Assembly: GCA_964016885.1 (NCBI GenBank)
Contig: OZ024756.1
Span: 17,174,001 to 17,238,000 of the forward strand
Source: Eledone cirrhosa
Taxonomy: Eukaryota
Direction of reading: 5' to 3'
DNA: 64,000 nucleotides
Shown: positions 12,985 through 28,251 of the stretch, piece by piece
How the letters are laid out: each line of letters starts with the position of its first letter
Numbering within the stretch: position 1 is the stretch's first letter
Program-made: the position numbers and the translations under genes
Notes under the pieces: generated by a model
The model's input: the letters and a program-made list of their open reading frames with translations, nothing else
Database searches by the model: none
What the model was told of the DNA's origin: nothing

Positions 12985-13064
12985 ATTGGCGTATGTATAT
13001 ATATATATCTATATATATATGTGTGTTAGTGTATGTATATATATATATATGTGTGTGTATTGGC

Positions 13065-13120
<56 letters not shown>

Positions 13121-13242
13121 ATTGGCGTATGTATGTATACATATATATATATATGTGTGTGTGTGTGTTAGTGTATTGGTGTATGTGTATATATATGTGT
13201 TAGTGTATTGGTGTATGTGTATCCATGTGTGAAAGTGTATTG

Positions 13243-13299
<57 letters not shown>

Positions 13300-13350
13300 A
13301 GTGTATGTATATATGTATGTTAATGTATTGGTATATATATATATATATAT
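12430..13350. repeat. Complex (AT)n/(GT)n microsatellite block
   Basis: Directly visible. Confidence 0.95.
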
Positions 13351-13719
13351 CAATGGAGGCACATGGCTTAGTGGTTAGAGCATTGGGCTTGCAATCGAAA
13401 GGTTGTGAGTTCAATTCTCAGACCGGGTGATATGTTGTTTCCTTGAGCAAGACACTTTATTTCACATTGCTCCAGTTTCCTCAGCTGTAGAAATGAGATG
13501 ATAGGGACTGGGGTCCATATCATTCCACTGCAAAGTGGTCGTGGAGGTGCCACGACAAAAAAGCACCCAGCACTCACTGTAAATGAGGTTGGTGTTAGGA
13601 AGGGCATCCAGCTGTAGAAATCAAGCCAGCATCAAATCCCGTCCCACCCTTGCAAGCAGGGAAAAGCAGACGTAAAATGAAATGATGATGATGATGATGA
13701 TGATCTATCTATCTATCTA

Positions 13720-13875
13720 AGGCGGGTAAAATTCCCGAGATCCATGGACGAGTTCTCTCCAGCAGTCTCTGTCCCTCATTATCGCTGCCATGTCCTGCAT
13801 CTCCAACAGACCAGTGTCTGTCCTTAGGGCATCAACATATGTTAACCTTGGTCTTCCTCTTCTAGTGTGTCCATG
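13720..13875 (-). mobile_element. Small RTE-like LINE 3' end
   Basis: Minus strand translates GHTRRGRPRLTYVDALRTDTGL...DRDCWR. Confidence 0.6.
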
Positions 13876-14027
13876 TATATATTATATACGATATTAAACA
13901 AATGGAAACTATATTTATAAAACCATATTTATTTCATTATACATATTTCAGGGATACCATATTAAAAAATATATATATATAAGTGTATGTATCGTTAATG
14001 TGAGGTGGAGTGATTGTAAAATAATTA

Positions 14028-15300
<1,273 letters not shown>

Positions 15301-15344
15301 ATTATAGTGTAACTGGCTGAATACTCAACAAAGAGGAAGAATCT

Positions 15345-15985
15345 GCTTGACACTGTGTAACACTGTGTTTGACAGTGTAACAATGTGTGACACACTAACA
15401 CTGTGATACTATGTTTGACCATGTGTGACACAGTAATACTGTGTTTGACAGTGTAACAATGTGTGACACACTAACACTGTGATACTATGTTTGACCGTGT
15501 GTGACACAGTAATACTGTGTTTGACAGTGTAACAATGTATGACACACTAACACTGTGATACTATGTTTGACCATGTGTGACACAGTAATACTGTGTTTGA
15601 CAGTGTAACAATGTGTGACACACTAACACTGTGATACTATGTTTGACCGTGTGTGACACAGTAATACTGTGTTTGACAGTGTAACAATGTGTGACACAGT
15701 AACACTGTGATACTATGTTTGACTGTGTGTGACACAGTAATACTGTGTTTGACAGTGTAACAATGTGTGACACACTAACACTGTGATACTATGTTTGACC
15801 GTGTGTGACACAGTAATACTGTGTTTGACAGTGTAACAATGTGTGACACAGTAACACTGTGATACTATGTTTGACCGTGTGTGACACAGTAATACTGTGT
15901 TTGACAGTGTAACACTCTTTGACCCTGTAACGGTGTAACACTGTGAGTGAAACTGCTTGACCATGTAACACTGTTTGACACAGTG
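15345..15985. repeat. 76-bp minisatellite, about 7-8 units
   Basis: cagtaatact recurs at 15431, 15507 and 15583. Confidence 0.9.
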
Positions 15986-16039
15986 TAGGGCAAAGCTGGT
16001 CAACACTGATAAGATTTGGGTCAAGAATAAACATTTAAC

Positions 16040-16800
16040 TGTTCGGCTTTGGTTGGAAGTGGTATCATGACTGGTGGCTGGAGAATCAGTCAGCTGGAGT
16101 TTGCAGATGACATGGTGTTACTTAACTCAACAGAAAATGATCTCTGACTTATACTTGATAGGTTTGGTGCCAAGTGCTGCATGGCTGGAATGAAAATCAG
16201 TACTGCTAAAACTGAGATACACATCCTATCAAGGAAGCCTGCACAGTGCACTCAACATGTAAATGGAGTTCCACTGAAGCAGGTGGAGAAGTTCAAGTAT
16301 CTTGGGGCTGGGTTCATGAGTGATGGAAGGTCAGAGGCTGAATTAAGTGTAAGAACTGCAGGAACTGGTGCAGTAATGTGCCAGCTTCAGCATTCGGTCA
16401 TCAGAAGAAAGGGGGTAAGTGTAAAAGCTGTCTTCAATTCAGTGTTCATGCCAACCCTTACCTACCTATGGTCATGAATCTTGGGTAATGACCAAAAGAA
16501 TATGATCGCAAAGACAAGCAGCCGAAATGGGATTCCTCTGAAGGGTCTTTAGAACAACGTTACTTGATGGAGTGTGTAGCTCGGAGATCAGTGAGTCACT
16601 CCAGGTAGAGCCGCTACTTCTCTGAATTGAGAGATCACAGCTCCGATACTATGGGCATGTGGCTAGAATGTCTCAGGAAAGAATCGCTGGACAGATTTTA
16701 CAGGCGAAACCAACAGGTAGGAAATGCAGGGGTAGACCCCGAGCAAGATGGTTGGATAACATCCATAAGCTTGGCTGGTCTCGCTTGGGGATCTAGCCGG
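16040..16800 (+). mobile_element. RTE-clade LINE fragment (family A)
   Basis: LEFADDMVLL (RT active site), GMKISTAKTE, VEKFKYLG. Confidence 0.85.
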
Positions 16801-17226
16801 AGGCTTTATCTCACATATCGAATCTATTATATTATTTATTTTGAGAACAATACCTTAACATCAGCATGAGCGGCTGGTTACAACTGGTTTGAACAGAAAG
16901 AGGTGAGAGAATCTGGCCGAATATGGCCGGTTTAAATGCCAAAGAGTTAAGGCCCAGTCACCGTAAAGAACTCACCAGGATAAAATCAAAGCAGTCATCC
17001 ATTAATGAGTATTCAACCAGAAAACTTTCATTTGCCAGGTCGTAATATTTCTACTGTCCTTAACCTCTTCAGTGACACAGACGAGATAACATGTCCTAAT
17101 ATGTATGCATTCCAGTGCCACAGATGAGATAACACATTTAAACGTTTGAAATCTTTTCCAACAGTTCATGACTTGAAAGCTAAATGGGGTTACTAGTTTA
17201 TTAATGTGGCATTTGTCTATCATTCA

Positions 17227-17781
<555 letters not shown>

Positions 17782-17815
17782 TTACTCTACAAACAGCATC
17801 AAGTAACTGGCTTAC

Positions 17816-17994
17816 CTTCCTAGGGCTCTTCTGTTCGTCTTTATCCTTTGGCAGAGCACTGAGGGATTGAGTTCGCCGGTTTATGCGGGTGCTAGAATCT
17901 TTCTTTGGAGAATCAGGAGCACAATCGAACACATCATCATCATCATCATCTTCATCATCATCATCAATATCATCATAGTCATCTTTAGAATTAA
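17816..17994 (-). CDS. cic: capicua coding exon 4 (acidic tract, RSK/14-3-3 site)
   Basis: Polypyrimidine tract plus ttag acceptor, donor gtaagc; phase 1-0. Encodes DDVFD...[11 protein letters not shown], the human S173 motif. Confidence 0.95.
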
Positions 17995-18871
17995 CTAAGG
18001 GAGAAAGAAAAAGGTGGACAAAAATAAAGTTTAAATATAGCTCTTTCTCACTTTCCTCTCACAACAACTTCAATGGTTTCAGAGGACTTGCAAACAAAGG
18101 ACAATGGAAAAGCACCTTCCTTCAAACAGATCCAGTTTAAAAAAATTAAAATAAATAGAAAAAGAAAACACCTATTGAATCCAATACAGTCATGAATGAC
18201 TATGGGATCTGCACTTAGAAAGCTCCCCTCCGAGGCACAAGTCTGGGCAAGGTTTGTTTGTGGAAGACCAGCAGTCGCCCATGCATACCAGTTTCCCCTC
18301 TCCACGCCACCGATGTTGTCCAAGGGAAAGGCTAAGGCTAATACAGCTTGGCACCAGTGACATCGCAACTCATTTCTACAGCTGAGTAAACTGGAGCAAC
18401 GTGAAATAAAGTGTCTTGCTCAAGAACTCAATGCAAAGCCTGGTCTGAGAATGGGATTCACAACCTTATGATTGTAGACCCGACACTCTAACCGCTAGGC
18501 CATGCACCTTCACAATGATATACATACATAAACTATGTGTGTCTATCAAACTAGCAAGGGAGTTGTCATGCAGTGGCTCGACATACAAGAAATTGCAGTC
18601 AAATGTTTGTCAAATATAAATCTAACAAGTTTAAAATGGCTAAATCATCATCCTCCTCATCACCGTTTAGCATCCATTTTTCCCTGCTTGCATGGGTTAG
18701 ACAGGTCGTTCATGTTGGGAGAAAAGCCTGGCCAGAGTTGGCCATACCATTCCTTGCTCCAACAAGGACTGCAAATTTGGCCGGGTATTTTACAGCTGGA
18801 TGTCCTTCCAAACACCAACAGTGTGGAACTGGATGGCTCCGTTACGAGGAAGGACAGGCCAGTTGGCCGAG

Positions 18872-19870
18872 CCCGACCCATCTCACAGCAGAACCATAGT
18901 TTTGAAGCCTGACCCATCTCACAGCAGAACCATAGTTTTGGAGCCTGACCCATCTCACAGCAGAACCATAGTTTTGGAGCCTGACCCATCTCACAGAAGA
19001 ACCATAGTTTTGGAGCCTGACCCATCTCACAGCAGAACCATAGTTTTGGAGCCTGACCCATCTCACAGCAGAACCATAGTTTTGGAGCCTGACCCATCTC
19101 ACAGCAGAACCATAGTTTTGAAGCCTGACCCATCTCACAGTAGAACCATAGTTTTGAAGCCTGACCCATCTCACAGCAGAACCATAGTTTTGGAGCCTGA
19201 CCCATCTCACAGCAGAACCATAGTTTTGGAGCCTGACCCATCTCACAGCAGAACCATAGTTTTGAAGCCTGACCCATCTCACAGCAGAACCATAGTTTTG
19301 GAGCCTGACCCATCTCACAGCAGAACCATAGTTTTGGAGCCTGACCCATCTCACAGCAGAACCATAGTTTTGGAGCCTGACCCATCTCACAGCAGAACCA
19401 TAGTTTTGAAGCCTGACCCATCTCACAACGGAACCATAGTTTTGAAGCCTGACCCATCTCACAGCAGAACCATAGTTTTGAAGCCTGACCCATCTCACAA
19501 CGGAACCATGGTTTTGGAGCCTGACCCATCTCACAACGGAACCATGGTTTTGGAGCCTGACCCATCTCACAGCAGAACCATAGTTTTGGAGCCTGACCCA
19601 TCTCACAACGGAACCATAGTTTTGAAGCCTGACCCATCTCACAACGGAACCATGGTTTTGAAGCCTGACCCATCTCACAACGGAACCATAGTTTTGAAGC
19701 CTGACCCATCTCACAACGGAACCATGGTTTTGAAGCCTGACCCATCTCACAACGGAACCATAGTTTTGAAGCCTGACCCATCTCACAACGGAACCATGGT
19801 TTTGGAGCCTGGTACTGAATGGCATCGATACAAGGAGCCTAACCCATCTCAAAGCATAGCCATAGTTTTG
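18872..19870. repeat. 36-bp minisatellite, about 27 units
   Basis: Unit gcctgacccatctcacagcagaaccatagttttg(g/a)a. Confidence 0.95.
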
Positions 19871-21019
19871 GGGATACACGATAAACTAATACTGAATATA
19901 ATATCTGAGAAAAGGAGAGAGGATGGTCACAGCTAGAAAGCCAGTCGGATGTCTTTCTTTGACACATTGATATATTTTTATTTTTTCTATGAGCAAATGT
20001 CATCAGAGAGTAACAAATACTATGATTTCTGCATGAAGAGAACTCTAAAGCATCTATCAGACAGGACTCACCCCTACTTAGGGATTAATTGTGTTGTCCT
20101 GCATAATCAAAAACTGGATGATGATGATGACCAAACAAGAACAACATTTACAGAAGGAATAACTGACACAAACTAATGAAGATACAAGCTACAAACACAG
20201 GAACAAACACTTATATCAGAACTAATACCATATTGCAAGTCACAGGATACAAACATATGTCAGAACTAACTATAGTGTTAGTCACATATAGGATACAAAC
20301 AAATCTCAGAACTAACTATATTGTTAGTCACAGGATACAAACACATATGTAGTGAATAATAGGAATTTCTGAAAGTCAGTACAATACAGACCTCCCAACC
20401 TCTAAAAACCCAAACGGGAGTTTCCATGAGAAAAAGAGCCCCAAAACAAGGAGAAATGAGGCCAAATGGGAAGATTTTACATAATGAAAGCTATACCCAT
20501 TTTCACAAGAGAAGACATCTCTCATCCACCCCAAAGTGGGTGGGAGATCTCCCTGTCAGACAGGGAGAGTTGACAGGTCTGAAGATGGTATTGGAGTAAG
20601 AGGATGATAAAACAAAATAAAATAATGATTTTATCCAATTTATTTCATATATTTCAAATGATGAAAAACAGGACATTCTGTTCTCACAAACTTACTCTAG
20701 TACCATCTTTATATTTCTATCCACACACTGTAAATGTGGTTGGTGTTAGGAAGGGCATCTAGCTGTAAAATACCCAGCCAAATTTACAGTCCTTGCCGGA
20801 GCAAGGTATGACATGGCCAACTTTGGCCAGACTTGCCTCCCGGCATGGACAACACGTCTAACCCATGCAAGCATGGAAAAATGGCCGATAATGATTATGA
20901 TGATGATTGTACAGGCTTTCCAAACACTATTATTTATTACATATCTCACAATGCTTCAGATAAACCCCTTTGTATGTTCACCACCTCATGAAGGGTTACA
21001 CTTGATGTTTCTATGGTTA

Positions 21020-21265
<246 letters not shown>

Positions 21266-21795
21266 TTAATTAAGTACATTTAAAGATAGATGGGTGTGCA
21301 TGTATGTATATGTGTACAACACTACCACACACACATAAAAACCATTCAAATAACAAATATAGATTCAAAATAACAAAATGTACTCTATCTTTTATATATA
21401 TCATTTCATTTCATTTTACGTCCACTTTTCCCTGCTTGCAAGGGTGGGACGGGAACTGATTCTGGCTTGATTTCTACAGCTGGATGCCCTTCCTAACACC
21501 AACCTCATTTACAGTGAGTGCTGGGTGCTTTTTTGCCGTGGCACCTCCACGACAACTTTGCAGTGGAATGATAGGGACCCCAGTCCCTATCATCTCATTT
21601 CTACAGCTGAGTAAACTGGAGCAATGTGAAATAAAGTGCCTTGCTCAAGGAAACAACACATCACCCGGTCTGAGAATTGAACTCACAACCTTTCGATTGC
21701 AAGGCCACTAAGCTGTGCCTCCATATATATATGTATATATATATATATATATCAATGATATTAATAAATGGAAACTATATTTATAAAACCATATT

Positions 21796-21856
21796 TATTT
21801 TATTATATATATTTCAAGGGTACCAAAACTTTGGTACGCTCTTATCAGATAAAATA
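21796..21856 (-). ncRNA. Hammerhead ribozyme copy with core substitution (CTGATAA)
   Basis: Reverse-complement arm of the same hairpin; conserved G8 reads A. Confidence 0.65.
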
Positions 21857-21896
21857 CAAAGTTTGTGTTATAAATAGTGACATACAACAAACTTTG

Positions 21897-21957
21897 TATT
21901 TTATCTGATGAGAGCGTACCAAAGTTTTAGTACCCTTGAAATATATATAATAAAATA
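21897..21957 (+). ncRNA. Minimal type I hammerhead ribozyme, intact core
   Basis: tattttat-CTGATGA-gagcgtac..gtaccctt-GAAA-tatata-TA-ataaaata; 8-bp stem I. Confidence 0.75.
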
Positions 21958-22087
21958 AATATGGTTTTATAAATATAGTTTCCATTTATTAATATCATTG
22001 TATATTATACTCCAGAAAAGCTGTTGAGTGCTTTGAATCTGTTATAAATATATTTGTTGAATTACCAACAAATTAAATATCTCTTTG

Positions 22088-22140
<53 letters not shown>

Positions 22141-22959
22141 TCACAACAAAAAGCACACTGTAAAGTGGTCATGTAGGTGTCACAACAAAAAGCACCCAGC
22201 CCACACTGTAAAGTGGTCGTGTAGGTGTCCTGACAAAAAAGCACCCATCCCACACTGTAAAGTGGTCATGTAGGTGTCACAACAAAAAAGCACTCAACCC
22301 ACACTGTAAAGTGACCGTGTAGGTATCACGACAAAAAGCACCCAGCACACACTATAAGTGTTGTTGCCGTTAGGAAGGGCATCCAGCTGTAGGAATCTAA
22401 CCAGAAACAGTTCTATGAGAGCAAGACATGGTCACGTGACCCAACTTGCCACAAATGGGACAACCCGTCTAAGCCATGCAGGTGTGGAAAGTTAAATGGT
22501 GATGATGATATATGTATTTATATGTGGCTATGTAGGTGTGTGTTTGTGTGCATATAATATCTATTTGGATATGCAACTATTTAGATGTACAGTATAGTTT
22601 GGATGTGTGACATAAAACACAAAGCCTGCTACCAAGAAGACTCTTTCTAATGTTTCATTCAGTGACATTCAAGTGCTTTACATTGGAACTGCAAAAATAT
22701 AGTGGTTTTTTATGGAGGATTATGTTTCCATAGCTGGGTGCTGTTCCTATTGGTAAGCAGTCAAATGTGAATCAAGGAGTGGTATGTGAAAAATAGCGAT
22801 AGATTTATGTCAATGAGATTAACAGCAGTAAATAGGGCACAATAACAAGTGTGCTGATGAAAATGAAAAATGATCAAGTCAACACAGGAACCTTTATACA
22901 ACTGCTAGAAATAGCAGCCAGATTCCCCTCATAGCCTACACCTAAGAATTTCAAATTTA

Positions 22960-23562
22960 AGTCTTTAGCAGTTACATTACTTTATATATACTATTGTATT
23001 TTCACGGTAAAGGCTTTATCTCACATAATATTGAACCTATGAGATTTTGATGATATTTATTTTCAGAACACTACTTTAACTCTTTAGCATTTAAACCGGC
23101 CATAATTCTCTCAACTCTTTCTGTTCAAACTGGCCCCCAACCAACCCCTCATACTGATAAGTTATTGTCCTCAAAATAAATATGAAAATCTCATAGATTC
23201 GATATTATGTGAGGTAAAACCTTTACCATGAAAATATAATAGTAAATATAGAGTAATGTAAATGCTAAAGTGTTAACTTAAGTATGAGTGGAGTGGCTAG
23301 TTACGGCCAGTTAGAACAGAATGAGGTGAGAGAATTCTGGCCGGATATGGCCGGTTTAAGTGCTAAAGTGTTAACTTAAGTATGAGTGGCTAGTTATGGC
23401 CAGTTAGAACAGAATGAGGTGAGAGAATTTTGGCCGGATATGGCCGGTTTAAATGCTAGGAGGGTTAACTTAAGTATGAGTGGCTAGTTACGGCCAGTTA
23501 GAACAGAATGAGGTGAGAGAATTCTGGCTGGATATGGCCGGTTTAAATGCTAGGAGGGTTAA
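22960..23562. mobile_element. Nested piggyBac-like MITEs with a triplicated terminal segment
   Basis: An inverted copy is inserted at an internal TTAA (about 23076-23275), followed by three tandem ~95-bp right ends. Confidence 0.75.
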
Positions 23563-23668
23563 CCAAAACCAAATGCTCTGATACTTCATATATTATCAGA
23601 ATAGAGTTTGTGATAAATTAATAAGGAGGTAGATAATGATGAAAATGATACAGCAAGGAAGAACTTAC

Positions 23669-24775
23669 CTGATGAAGGTCCTTTACTTGAAGCATCGTCA
23701 ATCTGTTGATCTTTGGGAGGTTCCCCAACAGGCATGACTGGGAGCAAAGCAGCAGGAGATGGGTGTGCCATGGAACTCTGGAACTGTGACACAACACCTC
23801 TTGCGTGCTGCTGCTGTTGCAGCACAGAAACAGAATTCTCGAGAGGGGATGCAGCATTAGAGACTTGCTGTCGAAAGTGTAGATCTCCGTGTGCAGAGGG
23901 TGCTTTAGCAGGGTGCATTTCGTAGTGGCAACAGGCATTTGACCCCTTTGTGTTAATCTGCACTTTGTTTTGTACAGGTTGCTTTTGTTGTTGTTGTTGT
24001 TGTTGTTGGTGTTGGTGCTGTTGTTGTTGTTGGTGTTGTTGCTGTTGCTGTTGCTGTTGTTGTTGTTGCTGTGTTTGTTGTTGAAATTGTTGCTGTTGTT
24101 GGTGTTGATGCTGTTGCTGATGTTGTTGTTGTGGTTGCTGTGTGAAGTATGGTGCCATGTTAGTTGGCGTCCCACTTGCAATGTACTCGACGGAGACCAC
24201 CTGCTGTGTTGGGGTTGCGTCTCTCACTTTCGTGCTCTTGTCCTCCAGCACATACGTGTCATGTGCGGTGTTCAATGGAGACTTGGATGGTGCCCTAGCA
24301 CTATCCTTCTGCGATGTGGTGACAAAAGCACTGACATTGTCGTCTTGTGCCAATGTTGCAAACAATTTCTCTTGAATGGCAGATATCAGAATGCCACCAT
24401 TGTCTGTACCTGGTATTGTTGTTGTAAACCCACTTTTACCTATTGGAACGATAGCCATATTGGAATCAAGATTTTCATTCTGCATCTGTTCCTGCTTAAC
24501 AAAGACTTCTGGAGATTTCTTTTTCGTAACATATGATTCTTCTTGAGGTACTGAAAATGCTGGCACCAGGGTGACAGCTGGACGAGGAGCAATGTTAGGC
24601 AAAAGCTCTACAGATGAATTGCCTGGTTTGGGGGAATTGTTCATCCAGTGTCTCGTCGGTGAATTAATAAGATTTTGGTTATGAGGCGCCACAATAGGAG
24701 TAAACTGACCACAAGCGGTTGATGGGGATTGTCGTTGCCCTAATGGAGAAGAAGGGGTGCCAGACCGGGAATTAC
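23669..24775 (-). CDS. cic: capicua coding exon 2 (low complexity, polyQ/H)
   Basis: Acceptor tcacag, donor gtaagt; 1107 nt, phase 1-1. Splicing gives LVSLG|NSRSGTPS, as in other CIC-L proteins. Confidence 0.93.
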
Positions 24776-24917
24776 CTGTGACAGAAATAAATGAATGAAT
24801 GATAAATAAATAAACACCATATCATCTTAACAAATAAAATACCAAATTAATGTTAACAAATAATAATAGTTTTTAATAAAGGCACAAGGTCAGAAATTTT
24901 GGAGGAGGGGTTAGTCC

Positions 24918-25060
24918 AGAGTAGTGGTTGCCAACCGGTGATCTGCAGACCACTGGTGGTCTGAGAGAAAATTTTGGTGGTCTGCAGAAAAATTTGGACA
25001 TTATTTGCAATTTTTATGTTTTGTTAATAATTGTTTCTATATAAGAAACCATTATTAAAA
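24918..25060 (+). mobile_element. hAT-like MITE end (reverse copy at about 57420-57507)
   Basis: agtggttgccaaccggtgatctgcag terminus shared in inverted orientation. Confidence 0.5.
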
Positions 25061-25429
25061 TATAAGAAACCATTAATAATTGTTTCTACATTTGGCACAT
25101 CTCCTAGAGGTCACTATTCTTGGAGACAATAATAAAAGAGAAAATGCATTTATTCCCAAGATTCCTCTTATTCTTTCCTCTACTGAGCTGCCATTCAAAT
25201 TCTCAAGACTTCAGTTCCCTGTTAGAGTCGGTTTTGCTATGACCATAAAGTTCAGGCTCAGAGTTTCAAAGTTGTAGAATTGAATACAAGAGAATCACTG
25301 TTTACCCATGGACAGTTATATGTAGGTTGTTCATAAGTGGAAACACCTAGAAATCTTCATATATTATGCACGAACGGTAAAACAAAGAATCTGGTGTATC
25401 TGGAATATTTCTTTACAGTTTTTTTTTTG

Positions 25430-25554
25430 TCACACACACACACCACTGTCTCGCCTCGTACTGTAAACCAGACAAACATTCAGTACAGTCATTTTCTCTT
25501 CTACCTGTCTTCTCTTATCTGTTTACCCGGTCGAAGCTGGGTACATCAGCTAGT
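25430..25554 (+). mobile_element. Possible Helitron 3' end
   Basis: GC hairpin acccgg-tcgaag-ctgggt followed by CTAG|T at 25550-25554; 5' boundary unknown. Confidence 0.45.
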
Positions 25555-25679
25555 ATAATATAAGATATTGGAACTTCCATCATCCTTTTGAGAAACATGG
25601 ACCCACTTCTATGCAATGGCACTCACTTTACAGACAGGAGGATGATGAACCCTCTCCTAGAGGTCACTATTGTTGGAGT

Positions 25680-26830
25680 AACTAACACAGTTCCTGAACA
25701 ACTGTGGGAGACCATAACAACACTAACACAGCTCCTGAACAACTGTGGGAGACCATAACAACACTAACACAGCTCCTGAACAACTGTGGGAGACCATAAC
25801 AACACTAACACAGCTCCTGAACAACTGTGGGAGACCATAACAACACTAACACAGCTCCTGAACAACTGTGGGAGACCATAACAACACTAACACAGCTCCT
25901 GAACAACTGTGGGAGACCATAACAACACTAACACAGCTCCTGAACAACTGTGGGAGACCATAACAACACTAACACAGCTCCTGAACAACCGTGGGAGACC
26001 ATAACAACACTAACACAGCTCCTGAACAACTGTGGGAGACCATAACAACAACAACACTAACACAGCTCCTGAACAACTGTGGGAGACCATAACAACACTA
26101 ACACAGCTCCTGAACAACTGTGGGAGACCATAACAACACTAACACAGCTCCTGAACAACTGTGGGAGACCATAACAACAACAACAACACTAACACAGCTC
26201 CTGAACAACTGTGGGAGACCATAACAACACTAACACAGCTCCTGAACAACCGTGGGAGACCATAACAACACTAACACAGCTCCTGAACAACTGTGGGAGA
26301 CCATAACAACAACAACACTAACACAGCTCCTGAACAACTGTGGGAGACCATAACAACACTAACACAGCTCCTGAACAACTGTGGGAGACCATAACAACAC
26401 TAACACAGCTCCTGAACAACTGTGGGAGACCATAACAACAACAACAACACTAACACAGCTCCTGAACAACTGTGGGAGACCATAACAACAACAACAACAC
26501 TAACACAGCTCCTGAACAACTGTGGGAGACCACAACAACAACAACAACAACACTAACACAGCTCCTGAACAACTGTGGGAGACCACAACAACAACAACAA
26601 CAACAACAACACTAACACAGCTCCTGAACAACTGTGGGAGACCATAACAACAACAACAACACTAACACAGCTCCTGAACAACTGTGGGAGACCATAACAA
26701 CAACAACAACAACAACAACACTAACACAGCTCCTGAACAACTGTGGGAGACCATAACAACAACAACAACAACAGTAACACAGCTCCTGAACAACTGTGGG
26801 AGACCATAACAACAACAACAACAGTAACAA
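25680..26830. repeat. 41-bp minisatellite with variable internal (AAC)n
   Basis: Unit cactaacacagctcctgaacaactgtgggagaccataacaa. Confidence 0.95.
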
Positions 26831-27675
26831 ACACTGAAAAATACAACTAAAAGGCACCAGGACATGTCAAGATGCGAACCTTCTGGCTAAAACATTTAAC
26901 CCTTTAGCATTTATACCGGCCATATCCGGCCAGAATTCTCTCACCTCTTTCTGTTCAAACCGGCTGTAACCAGCCGCTCATATTGATGTTAAGTTATTGT
27001 TCTCAAAATAAATATCAAAATCTCATAGATTCGATATTATGTGAAAATATAATAGTAAATACAGAGTAATGTAAATGCTGAAGGGTTAACAGGGGCACAC
27101 ATAATATGCTGAAGGGTTAACAAGAGCACACATAATATGCTGATAGAGCCAGAAAGAATACCTGATGGCTCTTTGAAGAAAACCAGTAGTTTCACTGCAG
27201 CTTAAAATGACTCTATTAGGAACTTGGCAGAAGCGAAACAGATAAATGTAAAGGAGTTCTTGGGAAGACTGGATAACAAGGATACTACCATATGTAGAAC
27301 AGCTAGTTTGCAATCAGAGAAACACCAGTAACAATAAAACTACATAGTAATCGAAGGAGTTATTTTCTCTGTATAGTCTGTGTTTTATGAAATTAAGCAT
27401 TGACTAAATTTTTCTACATGTAGACTTGCAAACTCGTTGCATAAATGGATCTTTGAGGCAGAGTGTGACACCTGAGCCTTTAAGAAATAAGCTGCTTGTT
27501 CTTTAACCCTTTAACATTCACATTACTCTATATTTACTATTATATTTTCATGGTATCGGCTTTATCTCACATAATTATCTCACATAATATCGAATCTATG
27601 AAATTTTGACGTCAGTATGAGCAGAGGTGAGAGAATTATGGTCGGATATGGCTGGTTTAAATACTAAAGGGTTAA

Positions 27676-27782
27676 TGCAAATTGTGTTTACTTCCATAAT
27701 TTGTCTTGAAATGTTTTACTTCTCATATGTATTAGCATGAATTTGATTCATTTGTATTTATTCATAATTCAATGGTTTGTTC

Positions 27783-27814
<32 letters not shown>

Positions 27815-28251
27815 ATCATTTTCATTTCATTTTACATCCGCTTTTCCCTGCTTGCAAGGGTGGGATGGGAACTGATTCTGGCTTGATTTCTACAGCTGGA
27901 TGCCTTTCCTAACACCAACCTCATTTACAGTGAGTGCTGGGTGTTTTTTTTTCCGTGGCGCCTACACGACCACTTTACAGTGTGTGCTTTATTGCCGTGG
28001 CACCTCCACGACCACTTTGCAGTGGAATGATAGGGACCCCAGTCCCTATCATCTCATTTCTACAGCTGAGTAAACTGGAGCAATGTGAAATAAAGTGTCT
28101 TGCTCAAGGAAACAACACATCACTCGGTCTGAGAATTGAACTCAAAACCTTTCGATTGCAAGGCCAATGCTCTAACCACTAAGCCATGTGCTATATATTT
28201 ATTTTAGGATGTTCTGAGAAACAAGAAGTAAGCCAGCCGCAGTATAGCCAG
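27676..28251 (+). pseudogene. Inverted partial duplicate of cic intron-9 end plus first 44 nt of exon 10, interrupted by a SINE
   Basis: 28208-28251 matches the reverse complement of 4364-4407 at 42/44. 27676-27815 resembles the reverse complement of about 4440-4597. Confidence 0.9.

Larger units (their letters stand above)
21753..22000. repeat. Near-perfect inverted repeat (114-bp arms, 20-bp spacer), Penelope-like terminal sequence
   Basis: 21753-21866 is the reverse complement of 21887-22000 with about two mismatches. Related single arms occur at about 13890-13960 and 55020-55155. Confidence 0.9.

Noticed and set aside
18660-19936. Three long ORFs of 345-378 aa
   Set aside because: Artefacts of a stop-free 36-bp tandem repeat; no splice or domain evidence.
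25680-26830. CRISPR-like look (constant hairpin unit with variable spacer)
   Set aside because: The 'spacers' are only (AAC)n length variants; the context is a eukaryotic intron with no cas genes.
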